Assembly: GCA_045650745.1 (NCBI GenBank)
Contig: JAZRRN010000049.1
Location: 128,138 to 192,137 of the forward strand
Direction: 5' to 3'
Length of the DNA stretch: 64,000 bases
Origin: Candidatus Caccovivens sp.
GTDB taxonomy: Bacteria; Bacillota; Clostridia; Christensenellales; UBA1242
In this document: piece after piece, positions 45,567 to 55,600 of the stretch
Layout of the letters: the number at the start of each line of letters is the position of its first letter
Position numbering within the stretch: position 1 is the stretch's first letter
Program-made: the position numbers and the translations under genes
The notes under the pieces: generated by a model
What the model was told of the DNA's origin: nothing
Seen by the model: only the letters and a program-made list of their open reading frames with translations
Database searches by the model: none

Positions 45567-46592
45567 TTATTTAACAGTCACACTAAAATATTCAGGATTG
45601 TATGGTTCGTCAAACTTGTCGTTGTCTGTTGAGTTCCAATCTCCTTTTGCACAGTTGGTAAATGTGTTGTTTTGCAACAATACCGTGTTTATTTCTACAT
45701 TTGTGCTGTCAAGAACAATAGCAGGTTTTTCAGTTAAGCCAACAAAAGTGTTGTCTTTAATGGTTATATCTGCTCCAGAAGTTACGACTTTAATGCCTCT
45801 TGTGGTGTTGTTAAATGTGCATCCTTCTATTACAAAAGTGTCAACAAAATCCATATTTGTACCACCGTCTCCACCAACATAGCCTGCCCAAATAGAATAT
45901 CTGCTTGCGATGTTGAAATCAAATACGCAATTTTTTATTGTGGCTTTTGTGCCACGATTGAATTGAACACAATTTGTAAAGGTGCAGTTTTCAATAAACA
46001 ATTCGCCACATTGAAATTCGGTGTTTGTAAGAGTGTAATGACTGCTTGATGTTTTTCTAGTATCATTGATTTTCAATCCGACCACACTTATCTTTCCAGT
46101 TGCCGCAGTCGCATTTTGATTGCTGTGATGTTTTGTTCTAAACACAGCTGTATCAGCAGTTGTAGTGTCGCCTGTTACAAGTGTCAATTCAGGATTTTGT
46201 CCCAAACCCACCAAATATACTTCTGTCGCAGAACCTTTTGCCAAATCGGCAGCACCGCCGGCTGTCCCAGCCACTGCCGCATCATAATCAACAGATCCTG
46301 AAATGATAAAAGTCATTTTGCCATCAATTGGTTGAACATTTTCATCAAACAGAATGCCATCAAGAGTTTGAGCAGATTCGCCAGTTTTTAAATATTCGCT
46401 GCCGACCCCTTTTATCAAATAGCCTCCACACCCCTCACAAAAATCAATTTTTTCATTTCCTGCAAGAACTTCAAATGTGTGCGTGTGTGCTGGTTCCGCT
46501 GGTGGGTTGTTGTCATTAGAACATGCAACACAAACAGCACCTACAAGCATTATTGACAAAACCATAATAAATGTTGTTAGTTTTTTGTACAT
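45567..46592 (-). CDS. Lipoprotein with right-handed parallel beta-helix repeats
   Basis: Signal peptide plus lipobox MYKKLTTFIMVLSIMLVGAVCVAC|S. Repeated [IV]ENCTF.N / IKNCVF / IEGCTFNN / IKDNTF units are typical of pectate-lyase-fold repeats. Confidence 0.75.
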   Translation of the reverse strand: MYKKLTTFIMVLSIMLVGAVCVACSNDNNPPAEPAHTHTFEVLAGNEKIDFCEGCGGYLIKGVGSEYLKTGESAQTLDGILFDENVQPIDGKMTFIISGSVDYDAAVAGTAGGAADLAKGSATEVYLVGLGQNPELTLVTGDTTTADTAVFRTKHHSNQNATAATGKISVVGLKINDTRKTSSSHYTLTNTEFQCGELFIENCTFTNCVQFNRGTKATIKNCVFDFNIASRYSIWAGYVGGDGGTNMDFVDTFVIEGCTFNNTTRGIKVVTSGADITIKDNTFVGLTEKPAIVLDSTNVEINTVLLQNNTFTNCAKGDWNSTDNDKFDEPYNPEYFSVTVK

Positions 46593-46612
46593 AGTTTTCT
46601 CCTATATAAGCA

Positions 46613-46640
46613 ATTATATAATAAGGGGGGGGGAATGCAA
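46613..46640 (-). promoter_or_regulatory. Candidate promoter TTGCAT-16-TATAAT of the lipoprotein gene with a C9 tract in the spacer
   Basis: -35 at 46640-46635 and -10 at 46618-46613. The spacer is T + C9 + TTATTA. SD AGGAG and the ATG at 46592 lie 20 nt downstream. Confidence 0.5.
46625..46633. repeat. G9/C9 homopolymer tract
   Basis: ggggggggg on the plus strand. It is the only G/C homopolymer longer than 5 that I saw in the window. Confidence 0.95.
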
Positions 46641-46702
46641 GCAAACGAAGAAAGAATTAAGCGTTTTAGCGGGTTTTTATCAAAAATTTGTCGAAGGAAA
46701 GT

Positions 46703-48514
46703 TTAATTTTGCAGAAAGTTTTTGATTTCGACTGCAAGTGATTGATGTATACCTTTGATTTGGCAGAGTTCTTCAACGCTTGCATTTTTTATTGCTTCGG
46801 TTGTGCCAAAAGCGTTGAGCAGGGCATTGATTTTTACTTTGCCAAGTCCTTTAATGTCTTCCAAGGTTGAGGCTGTTTGCGATTTTGTTCGCACAGTGCG
46901 ATGGAAGGTGATTGCAAAGCGGTGAGCTTCATCTCTAAGTCGTTGCAGAAGTTTGAGTTCGGCGCTGGCGTACTTCAAAATCACAGGGTGTGATTGTTGT
47001 GGCACAAAAACTTCTTCCAATCTTTTTGCAAGAGAGATCATCTCTATTTGGTTTTCAAGCCCAAAGGTTTGCAAAATTTCATAACAAGAAGAAAGTTGCC
47101 CTTTGCCACCGTCAATGACAAGCAAATCTGGTTTTTCTTTGAAACTTTCACCATTTTGATCGACATATCTTTGCAATCTTCGAGAAAGGGTTTCTTTAAG
47201 ACACTCAAAATCGTTGTTGCCGGCAACTGTTTTGATTTTGAATTTGCGATATGCTTTTTTGTCGGCCGTTCCGTTTGTGAAAATGACCATAGATGCAACT
47301 TTGTTTGTGCCACCGATATGCGAAATGTCATAACATTCAATGCGCTTTGGCAAAGTTTTGAGTTTTAGATTTTTTTGAAGTTGTGAGATTGCGCCAATGC
47401 TTGTGTTGTAAGCAATTTTTTCCTTTTCTAAATGCTTTTCCAAATATTCTTTTGCATTTTCTTTTGCCATGTTCAAAAGTGTCAAGTTTGCTGCGTGTGG
47501 GTTTGAGACAATGCTTATCTTTTTGCCTAAGAAATCTGAAAGTAGTTGACTGTCAAGTTGGTGGCTGACCACAATTTCATTTGGAACAATCACATTTTGA
47601 TAATATTGACAAACAAAATTGAAAAGAGTTTGTTCTTGTTCGAGTTCGGCATCGCTTTGTGCAAAATTGGTTATGCCAAGGATTTTGCCTCCACGAATTA
47701 CAATCAAACTTACAACGCCGCTAAGGCCATCGCTGTAATATGCCCAAATGTCTTTGTCGACATCTTTTGCAAGGTTTGCAACAATGCGAGATTTGAGTTT
47801 TGAAATCATCTTCAAGTTGTCACGCAACTGAATGGCTCTTTCAAAGTTTTCAAGGTTGGATGCGGTTTGCATTTTTTGCATAAGGATTTGTTCGATTTCT
47901 TCGTCGTTTCCGTTTAAGAAATTGATTGCTTTTTTGACTTCTTCAAAATATTCTTCTTTTGTTGTTTTTTGAGTGCAAGGGGCAAGACAAAGGCCGAGAG
48001 AATAGTTGAGGCACTCTCTTTTTGCACAAGTGGTTGTTGTTATTTTTGAAGTGCATGTGCGAAGTTTGAATGCAGAACCGATTGTTTTCAAAATTTCTCT
48101 TGGGTCAATGCCAGAAATGTATGGTCCAAAATATCTTGCACCATCATTCTTTTTGACCTTTCGCACGATTTCTAAACGGGGAAAATCTTCTTTAAGATCT
48201 ATTTTAATGTATGGAAAAGCCTTTCCATCTTTGAGAAGTATGTTGTAAAATGGTTGATGTTTGTGGATAAGGTTGCTTTCAAGTCCCAGAGCATCAAGTT
48301 CGCTCATTGCAATAAAATAATCAAAGTCGTCAACATTGTTGACCATAGCCTGAACTTTGCTTGGTTTTGGCGACGAGCGAAAATACTGACTAACCCTGTT
48401 TTTCAGGTTTTTAGCCTTTCCGATGTATATGATATTTCCACCGACATCTCGCATGATATATACGCCGGGTTTTGTCGGCAAAGTTTGCAATTTTTGCTTT
48501 ATTCTGTCGTTCAT
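46703..48514 (-). CDS. uvrC: Excinuclease ABC subunit C
   Basis: GIY-YIG N-terminus PGVYIMRD..GNIIYIGKAKNLKNRVSQYF, the UvrBC domain, and an Endo V-like/HhH C-terminus. The start is set at MNDRIKQKL. An alternative start lies 6 codons upstream at 48532. Confidence 0.92.
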   Translation of the reverse strand: MNDRIKQKLQTLPTKPGVYIMRDVGGNIIYIGKAKNLKNRVSQYFRSSPKPSKVQAMVNNVDDFDYFIAMSELDALGLESNLIHKHQPFYNILLKDGKAFPYIKIDLKEDFPRLEIVRKVKKNDGARYFGPYISGIDPREILKTIGSAFKLRTCTSKITTTTCAKRECLNYSLGLCLAPCTQKTTKEEYFEEVKKAINFLNGNDEEIEQILMQKMQTASNLENFERAIQLRDNLKMISKLKSRIVANLAKDVDKDIWAYYSDGLSGVVSLIVIRGGKILGITNFAQSDAELEQEQTLFNFVCQYYQNVIVPNEIVVSHQLDSQLLSDFLGKKISIVSNPHAANLTLLNMAKENAKEYLEKHLEKEKIAYNTSIGAISQLQKNLKLKTLPKRIECYDISHIGGTNKVASMVIFTNGTADKKAYRKFKIKTVAGNNDFECLKETLSRRLQRYVDQNGESFKEKPDLLVIDGGKGQLSSCYEILQTFGLENQIEMISLAKRLEEVFVPQQSHPVILKYASAELKLLQRLRDEAHRFAITFHRTVRTKSQTASTLEDIKGLGKVKINALLNAFGTTEAIKNASVEELCQIKGIHQSLAVEIKNFLQN

Positions 48515-48612
48515 AAAAACATTGTAGAGCATTTTTTTTCAAAAAACAACCAAATATAATAGAAAAAATATTATATAAATATTTGTTTTTTATTTTATTT
48601 TACCGAAAATTG

Positions 48613-48641
48613 TTGCAAAATAAGTTTGTATTTGTTAAAAT
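48613..48641 (+). promoter_or_regulatory. Promoter TTGCAA-17-(TGt)TAAAAT for the 48671 membrane-protein gene
   Basis: -35 at 48613-18 and -10 at 48636-41. Confidence 0.55.
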
Positions 48642-48670
48642 GATAAAAACTATTTAAGGGAGGGTTGCAG

Positions 48671-51118
48671 ATGCAAACTTCAATGTTATTGGGTATGTTC
48701 GACTGGATTGGAGAGTTTTTTAAGGAACTTTTCAACCTTATTCCAAAAATTATGTACTTGCTTTATGCGTCAATTGCGTGCGTAATCGATGTGTTGCAAC
48801 TCTTTTTCCGTAAACTTGCCGGACTTGATGTTTATTATGTAGACGGCGAAGCAATTACTGGAGACTTGGTTACAAACTTTATTACCGGGATTTTAGGTAT
48901 CAATGCAGAAGGCCTTACATATTCGGCACTTTCAACCGTATTCTGGTCAATGTTGATTTTCGGTATTATCATTTGCTTCATTTCAACATTTATCGCAATC
49001 ATCAAAAGTCACTATACTTATGATGACAAAGCAGCAAAAGGTCCAATGCAATATGTTTACACAGGTGTAAAAGCAATCATCAACATGGTTGCAGCACCAA
49101 TCATCATTGTTTTGGCATTGTTTGTTTCAGAAGCATTGTTGTCAGCACTTGACACCATCACTTCTACCGGAAGTGGATCGGTCGCAGCGATGTATGGCGA
49201 TGCAGTAGATCAGTTGTCGCTGGTTGACACGGTTAAGGGTGCGACCGGAAAGGCAAAAGAAAAAACTTACATATTCTATGATATATTCGGATTCCAAGCA
49301 GGCATTTTGTATGGTCCATCTGGAGGACCTGCAGAAGGCACTTCAAACGAAAAGAAGAAAGAGATTGCAAAGATTGCATCTAAAAACGAAACTTTCTCAG
49401 GATCACTCTTCAAAGTGGCAGCATTCAATGCAAACAGAGCGAGACTTGGACAAATCAACACAACAGGAGCATTTACAGGAAACGCTGGTTCAAGCTGTAC
49501 TTTGTTTAGAAATGCAAAGAGTCAGGAACACTTGGCAGAGATGATTGACATGGCGTTTGCTTGCAACTTGAGAGCTGACAAAGGTTACACATTGGACTAC
49601 ACACCATTTGCAGAAACAGGTGGGGGCATCGTGTCAATGAAATACTTTACAAACTTCTTGTCCCTCAGGGGAACTCACTTCAGTAAGTTTAACATTGGTG
49701 CCGTTTGGTACTATTATGACTTGTGGCAATTCAACTTTATCGTTGGTTTTGCAGGTTGTATCGTTTGTACTTCAATTTTCATAAACATTATCCTTGGTCT
49801 TATGACAAGATTGTTTATGTGTATCGGACTCTTCCTTATCGCATCTCCATTGTTTGGTCTTGCACCAATGGATGGAGGAAAAGCAGGAAAGAGCTGGAGA
49901 GAAAGCTTTACAAAGCAGGTTCTCATGACGTATGGTTCTGTCGTCGGCATGAACTTGATGCTGATGATCCTGCCATATATGAACACAATTGACTTCTTCA
50001 ATGTGGCAATCGCAGACTATTTTGCAAGAACATTGCTTATCATTGTTGGTCTTATCACAATCAAAGCATTCATCGGTGTATGTTCGAGCTTGGTTGGTGG
50101 TGAAGATGCCAACAAGACAGGTGACGGAATTAAGAAAGAAGTTGCTTCAGTTGCCGGAAAAGCAACAAGCATGACTGTTGGTGCTGCAAAACTTGGTGTC
50201 AAAGGTACAGCGCTTGCTGCAAAGGGATTCAACCAATCAGTTGCTTTGGGTGCTGCTGGTGTAAGAGCTGCAGCAGGTGGAATCGATGCACTTCGTGCTG
50301 GCGCAAAAGGTAGAGAAGCTACTAGATTGCATACAGAGTTCAACCTCAACAGACAAACTAGAGCAGGCACTGCTGGTGCAACAGCAAGAAGCACAGCCGT
50401 TGGCCGTATGACAATGGGTGCATCTGGCAGAGCTGGAAGAAGAGAAGACAATCAAGCAAGACAAGATTTGATGGCTGCAGGATACAGCAGAAGAACAGCA
50501 AATCAAATGGTTAGAGATATGCGTGCTGAAGTAAATGCTGGCCGTGGCGCAACAGCCGCAGCAACAGCAAGAAGCAACGCAGCATCTACACTTGCAAGCA
50601 CAAGAAACGCTGCTCGTAACGCATCTGCTCAACTTAGAACAAGATCTACAACAAGACTTAGCAGAGCTGCTACAAGTGTTGGAAACAACCAAATTGCTCA
50701 AGCAGTATGGAGACCAATGAGAGCAGTTGGATCTGCAGTTGCTCATCCAAGAACAACTCTCAGAGCAATGGGCACAGGCATCGCAAATGCAGGAAGAAGT
50801 GTAAACAGAGCAATCAACAGTCAAACAATTGGTGGAACAATTGGTGGAGCACTTGGTTTTGCAGGTGGTGCATTAACAGGAGATGACTTCACAAAAGAAT
50901 TTATGCACGAATCTGGCATTAAGAGAAAACCTGACCATGCTAGAGATACAGCAAACAACACAGCTGCTACTAGACAAGCCGCACAAGGCATGGCTAGACA
51001 ACAAGCCGAAGCTAGATATCAAGCTTGGTTGGCTACTCCAGCTGGTACTAGAGCAGGTATCCCAGCAAGAAATGCTGAAAGAGCTCGTATTTACAGAGAA
51101 TATGGTTTGACTCCATAA
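48671..51118 (+). CDS. Polytopic membrane protein with ~330-aa Arg/Ala/Gly/Thr-rich C-terminal tail (function unknown)
   Basis: SD GGGAGGG lies 6 nt before the ATG at 48671; the ORF-track TTG at 48665 abuts the SD. The first ~480 aa have multiple hydrophobic helices. The remainder is low complexity, for example GATARSTAVGRMTMGASGRAGRRE and AATARSNAASTLASTRNAARNASAQLRTRS. A terminator follows. Confidence 0.7.
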   Translation: MQTSMLLGMFDWIGEFFKELFNLIPKIMYLLYASIACVIDVLQLFFRKLAGLDVYYVDGEAITGDLVTNFITGILGINAEGLTYSALSTVFWSMLIFGIIICFISTFIAIIKSHYTYDDKAAKGPMQYVYTGVKAIINMVAAPIIIVLALFVSEALLSALDTITSTGSGSVAAMYGDAVDQLSLVDTVKGATGKAKEKTYIFYDIFGFQAGILYGPSGGPAEGTSNEKKKEIAKIASKNETFSGSLFKVAAFNANRARLGQINTTGAFTGNAGSSCTLFRNAKSQEHLAEMIDMAFACNLRADKGYTLDYTPFAETGGGIVSMKYFTNFLSLRGTHFSKFNIGAVWYYYDLWQFNFIVGFAGCIVCTSIFINIILGLMTRLFMCIGLFLIASPLFGLAPMDGGKAGKSWRESFTKQVLMTYGSVVGMNLMLMILPYMNTIDFFNVAIADYFARTLLIIVGLITIKAFIGVCSSLVGGEDANKTGDGIKKEVASVAGKATSMTVGAAKLGVKGTALAAKGFNQSVALGAAGVRAAAGGIDALRAGAKGREATRLHTEFNLNRQTRAGTAGATARSTAVGRMTMGASGRAGRREDNQARQDLMAAGYSRRTANQMVRDMRAEVNAGRGATAAATARSNAASTLASTRNAARNASAQLRTRSTTRLSRAATSVGNNQIAQAVWRPMRAVGSAVAHPRTTLRAMGTGIANAGRSVNRAINSQTIGGTIGGALGFAGGALTGDDFTKEFMHESGIKRKPDHARDTANNTAATRQAAQGMARQQAEARYQAWLATPAGTRAGIPARNAERARIYREYGLTP

Positions 51119-51135
51119 TCTAAACAATAAGAAAA

Positions 51136-51161
51136 GGCGGAATTGATTTCCGTCTTTTTTT
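51136..51161 (+). terminator. Rho-independent terminator
   Basis: GGCGGAA/TTCCGTC stem with one G-U pair, followed by T7. Confidence 0.75.
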
Positions 51162-51233
51162 GTTATCTTTTTGAAAAAGGTGTTTTTTGAGAGATTTTTA
51201 TTCGACTTTCAAATATTTGCCACAAATAGAATT

Positions 51234-51261
51234 TTGATTTGAGTTTGTTTTGTTATATAAT
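51234..51261 (+). promoter_or_regulatory. Promoter TTGATT-16-TATAAT for the GrpB gene
   Basis: -35 at 51234-39 and -10 at 51256-61. SD AGAGG precedes the GTG start at 51279. Confidence 0.5.
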
Positions 51262-51278
51262 GTTGACAAGAGGTCTAT

Positions 51279-51800
51279 GTGGTAACAATTATAAATCAAG
51301 ATTATTTAGCAAACAAAAAGCGATATTTCGAAGTTGAAAAGTGGCTTAAACAAATTGTTGGAGGTCAAGTTGAAATCGAGCATGTTGGGTCGACAGCAAT
51401 CCCAGATATAAAAGGGAAAAATATTATTGACATATTGATTGGTGCAAATGATAAGGTGCAGTTTGAAAAATTTGCACAATCATTGACGTCAAGTGGGTAT
51501 TTCGGCAGCGAAAAGAGCAAGACGGACATATATCAGTTTTTTGCATCACGACAAGAAGAAACAGGTGATGGAGATGTACACATTCATTTGGTTGTTGTTG
51601 GGACGGATCGTCATGATGAGTTTTTGATTTTGCGAGATTTTTTGTTGGCAAACGAAAATGAGGTACAACAATATTCTCAACACAAAGAAGAGATTTTGGC
51701 TTTAAGTAAAATTGACAGAAAAACTTACCGAGAGATAAAAAGCAAATATGTGACAGCTCTTATTCAACGAGCAAAGGATTGGCATAACAAGCAAATTTGA
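51279..51800 (+). CDS. GrpB-family (UPF0157, nucleotidyltransferase-like) protein
   Basis: Motif IEHVGSTAIPDIKGKNIIDILIG; 173 aa; GTG start. Confidence 0.75.
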   Translation: MVTIINQDYLANKKRYFEVEKWLKQIVGGQVEIEHVGSTAIPDIKGKNIIDILIGANDKVQFEKFAQSLTSSGYFGSEKSKTDIYQFFASRQEETGDGDVHIHLVVVGTDRHDEFLILRDFLLANENEVQQYSQHKEEILALSKIDRKTYREIKSKYVTALIQRAKDWHNKQI

Positions 51801-51821
51801 AACAACGAAGGGAATGTGTAT

Positions 51822-52478
51822 ATGAAATTGATAACAATTCAAACAAAAAAAGCATACGAAAACTTTCTCAAAGAAGGTTTTTTGATTGCAGATTCGCAAT
51901 ATATAAATAGATTAAAATATGGTGTGCCATATCAATATATTGTTGACAATATGCAACATATCGAAAATCCACACAAAGCAGAGTTTCCTCTTTGGACATG
52001 GGTAAAATATGGTGGTTTTGTTTCGCCACCCAAAAACAAATTGTTGGGATTTTTTGCAAAAGATGAAGATGAAATCGTGAGAATAACTTTTGAAAAACCA
52101 GACAAAGATGTGTTGGTGAGCGATTATGTGAAATATCATTTCTTGCTTACAAACGAATATTTGCCAAGTGGGTTGAACGATTTGAAAGCAGCCAAAAAGA
52201 AGATTCAAGATGCAGGCATTTCAAAAGAAGATCTTTTGGCGTATGTGAGAAGGGATAAATTTGACATTTATCGCAAAGATAGAAAATTTGAAGAAATCAA
52301 TCAAATGATTCGAGAAAGTTACAAAAAAATCTTTTCAGATTTGGGAGATTTCAGACAGGGCACAGTTTGGTCAATTGAAAAAAGCGAAGTAAAAAAAGTT
52401 GAAATAATTTGTCGCAAAGATTGCACAAAGAAAGCATCTGTTGATTATCGAAAGCAGTATATAAAAAATCTGAAATAA
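51822..52478 (+). CDS. DUF3841-like hypothetical protein
   Basis: MKLITIQTKKAYE... and ...FPLWTWVKYGG resemble the DUF3841 pattern, recalled from memory only. An alternative GTG start is at 51816. Confidence 0.45.
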   Translation: MKLITIQTKKAYENFLKEGFLIADSQYINRLKYGVPYQYIVDNMQHIENPHKAEFPLWTWVKYGGFVSPPKNKLLGFFAKDEDEIVRITFEKPDKDVLVSDYVKYHFLLTNEYLPSGLNDLKAAKKKIQDAGISKEDLLAYVRRDKFDIYRKDRKFEEINQMIRESYKKIFSDLGDFRQGTVWSIEKSEVKKVEIICRKDCTKKASVDYRKQYIKNLK

Positions 52479-52631
52479 AAAGGAGACAGAAATAAAAAAC
52501 ACTCTTTAAAAATGTTGTTGAAAAACATTAGTTTGCTTGATTTTGAGTTTTTTTGATATTTCTTTACTTTTGATGCCAGTTTGATATATTATGTTTATAT
52601 AAATAAACTTCACTATATAAGAGGAAAGCAA

Positions 52632-55600
52632 ATGAGAAAAAAGCATTTTATTTTTGTTTTGTGTTGCATGATGTTCTGTTGGGCAGTGACAGCCTTTTTG
52701 TCAATGCCTACACAAATGACTCTTGCTCAAGAAAATGTTCATAGTCAAGAGGTTTCTGACTTTTTGAGATTTGAACAGGCGATCATCGACTTAAACAATT
52801 CGAAAGATCAACAAGTGATTTCTCAACAGGTTGCTTTGGCAGAAGTAGAGATTGAAGAAGATATTGTTTGTGAAGATGTCCAAAGTGTCGATTTTTCGTT
52901 GAAGAGGTTGATTGTTCAAGGAAATGTGACAAACACTTATGGGGCGACTGATAAATTGTCGTTTAGCAACCTGAATGTTTTGTGTTACAAGACCGAAAAA
53001 GAAACAAAAGATGCGTTTGAAAAACTTGCGCAAAATTCAAACCTTGATGTTGTTGTTGACAAAATTGAAAAAGTTGATGGATATGCTCAACAAGATTATA
53101 CTTACACCAACAAAAACTGGGGCGCAGAGGCTATTGATGTTGGGGGTTACAAGCAATTTCTTGTTGACAGCGATGTGCAAGATGAAGTTGTGGTTGTTGT
53201 TATGGACACAGGCATCAATACATCTCATTCAATGTTTGCAAACAGATTGCTTAAAGACAGAGTAGGAAAAATAAGAGGCTTTTCTTATTATGATTCAAAA
53301 TACAAATACAGCTATCGAAATTTAGGTTTTGATGTTGATGATTTGACAACACAAGACATTGATGAAAGTGATTTAAACAAATATAGTTTTGAAGATGATC
53401 ATGGACACGGCACACATGTTGCAGGCATCGTTTGTGATCTTACACCAAAAAATGTAAAGATTTTGCCAATCAAAGTTGGAAATGATGAGGGGTTTTCTTC
53501 AACATCAATTTTTTTGGCAGCTTATTTGAGAGTGATCAACATTTATTCAAAACAATATAAAATTGCTTGCACAAACTTGAGTTTTTCCGGAGCTGGAAAA
53601 TCAAGCGAGGCTGACAAAAATCAATTTAACGAACAATGCTATCAACCAATGAAAGAACTTGGAATCTTGGCAATCACAGCAGCAGGAAATGAAAGCGAAG
53701 AGATCAATATTGAAGGGTTGGAAGCGATTGTTGTTTCTGCTTTGAAACAATCAGAAGGCGAATATAAATTTGAAAATGAATATTCAAACTATGGAAAAAT
53801 GATTGACATTTCTGCACCAGGAACAGATATTGAATCTGCTTGGATTGCAGGAAACGCAGCAAACTCGACATACGAGACCCATTCAGGGACTTCAATGGCA
53901 TCACCACAAGTTGCTGGGGTTGTTGCATTGTTGGCTCTTCACCCAGATTATCAAGGTTTTACAGCAGAAGAAATGGAGCAAAAGTTGTATGATCTTGCTG
54001 TTGATTTGGGCGATTGGGGAAGAGATGATTATTATGGCTACGGCATGGCAAACATCAAATATTTTGAGGCTGAGGAGTTTGATGAAACTTTGTCTTTTTA
54101 TCGTGACAATGTTTTGATTGAAGTGCACCCAAATTGGGAAAACTTTGAAACAGACTTTACTCTTAAAATAGAATGTTCAGATGCAAGTTATCAAATCATT
54201 TACACAACAAATCAAGCACTTCCAACACTGACAAATGCGACTGTTTATTCAAATCCAATGACAGTCAGCGACACAATTTATTTGAATGTTATGGGGGTGA
54301 AAATTGACAACGGAATAGTTGTTGCAAAGACAGATGTTTACAATGTGGCATTTTTCGATTCTCGCAATCCATTGGAACAATATTTTGAAATTTCAAACGG
54401 CACATTGAGAAAGTATACTGGACACTTTGACAATTTGGTTATCCCAACTGTTATGAAGGGACAAACAGTCAAAACTGTTGGCAATAGCTTGTTTTTGTGG
54501 AACAATCTTCAGTCAATCACTTTGCCAGAAACCGTAACAAGCATTTCAGGATATGCATTTCAAAACTGCAAAGACCTTGTTTATGTTGATGCTCCAAGTG
54601 TTGCAGAAATTTATCTTGCAGGATTTAGTGGTTGCGATTCTTTGACAATGATCTGCGACAGAAATCCAGTGCAAGGAGAAACAGAAGGTGTTTTCTTGCC
54701 AAATCTTACAACTACAAAAGGGTTTGTGTTTAATATTTGCAAAAATCTTCAATCTGTAAATTTGTCAAAATTGACCACTGCCGGAGAATATGATTTTCAA
54801 GCATGCTATCAATTGACATCTGTATATTTGCCAGCAGTAAAAGTGTTTGAAGAAGGCATGTTTGCTTTTTGTGAAAACCTTACTGGAACATTTTTCTTTG
54901 GCAAAGATGTTGAAACAATTGAAACACGAGCTTTTTCACACACAAAGATAAAAAGATTTGAGATTGCAAAAGGAAACACAAACATTTACACTGATGGGCT
55001 TGGCGTTTACACAAAAGACACACTTGTTTGTTTTGCTGCAGGAAACACAAACATCAATTATGAAATTTTGGGCAGTGTTTCAATTGGAGGAGAAATCTGC
55101 ACAATCACAAAACTCGGAGAAGTTGCTTTGGGGTTGGTGGAACTCAACAAATTGACAATCCCTGAAACGATTAACATTATTGGTGCGTGGGTGGGCTCAG
55201 AATCTAAAATCCACCACTTGTATTTTGATGCTAAAAACTGTTCGGAAGATGGATATTATAAGACAATAAGTGGCGTTACAGGCAGATGCCCACCTTGGGA
55301 CACTTTTTCTATCATAGAAATCGGCCCAAATGCAACAAGGGTGCCATTGAGAATTTTTCAAGATGTTTATTTTGATGAGTTGATTATCAATTCTCGAGCA
55401 ACATATTTTGAAACTGCAAGTTTGTATAGATTTAGAGATCAAGGAGTTTTAAACAAACTCGTGTTCAATTTTGCTGACAAGATTGATTCAAGTTATTTGA
55501 ATATGGTTGTTGGGACATCAGCACTTTGCACTTACAATGACATCAATTATATTTATTCAAAAGCAGAAGTGCCAGTCAGTTCTTCATCATATTTATCAAG

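Noticed and set aside
29350-48532. Longer N-terminal extensions given by the ORF track for tmk, the hydrolase (31651), gatA (38244), HAD (42896), S41 (45341), uvrC (48532), the membrane protein (48665) and the S8 protein (52581)
   Set aside because: Internal start codons have properly spaced SD sequences, match family N-termini, or avoid overlap with the tRNA and promoters. The extensions add compositionally atypical residues. uvrC remains ambiguous between 48514 and 48532.
50017-50824. Antisense ORFs of 144 and 195 aa over the Arg/Ala-rich tail of the membrane protein
   Set aside because: They are an artefact of locally GC-rich low-complexity coding sequence. They are fully contained in a gene that has an SD, promoter and terminator.
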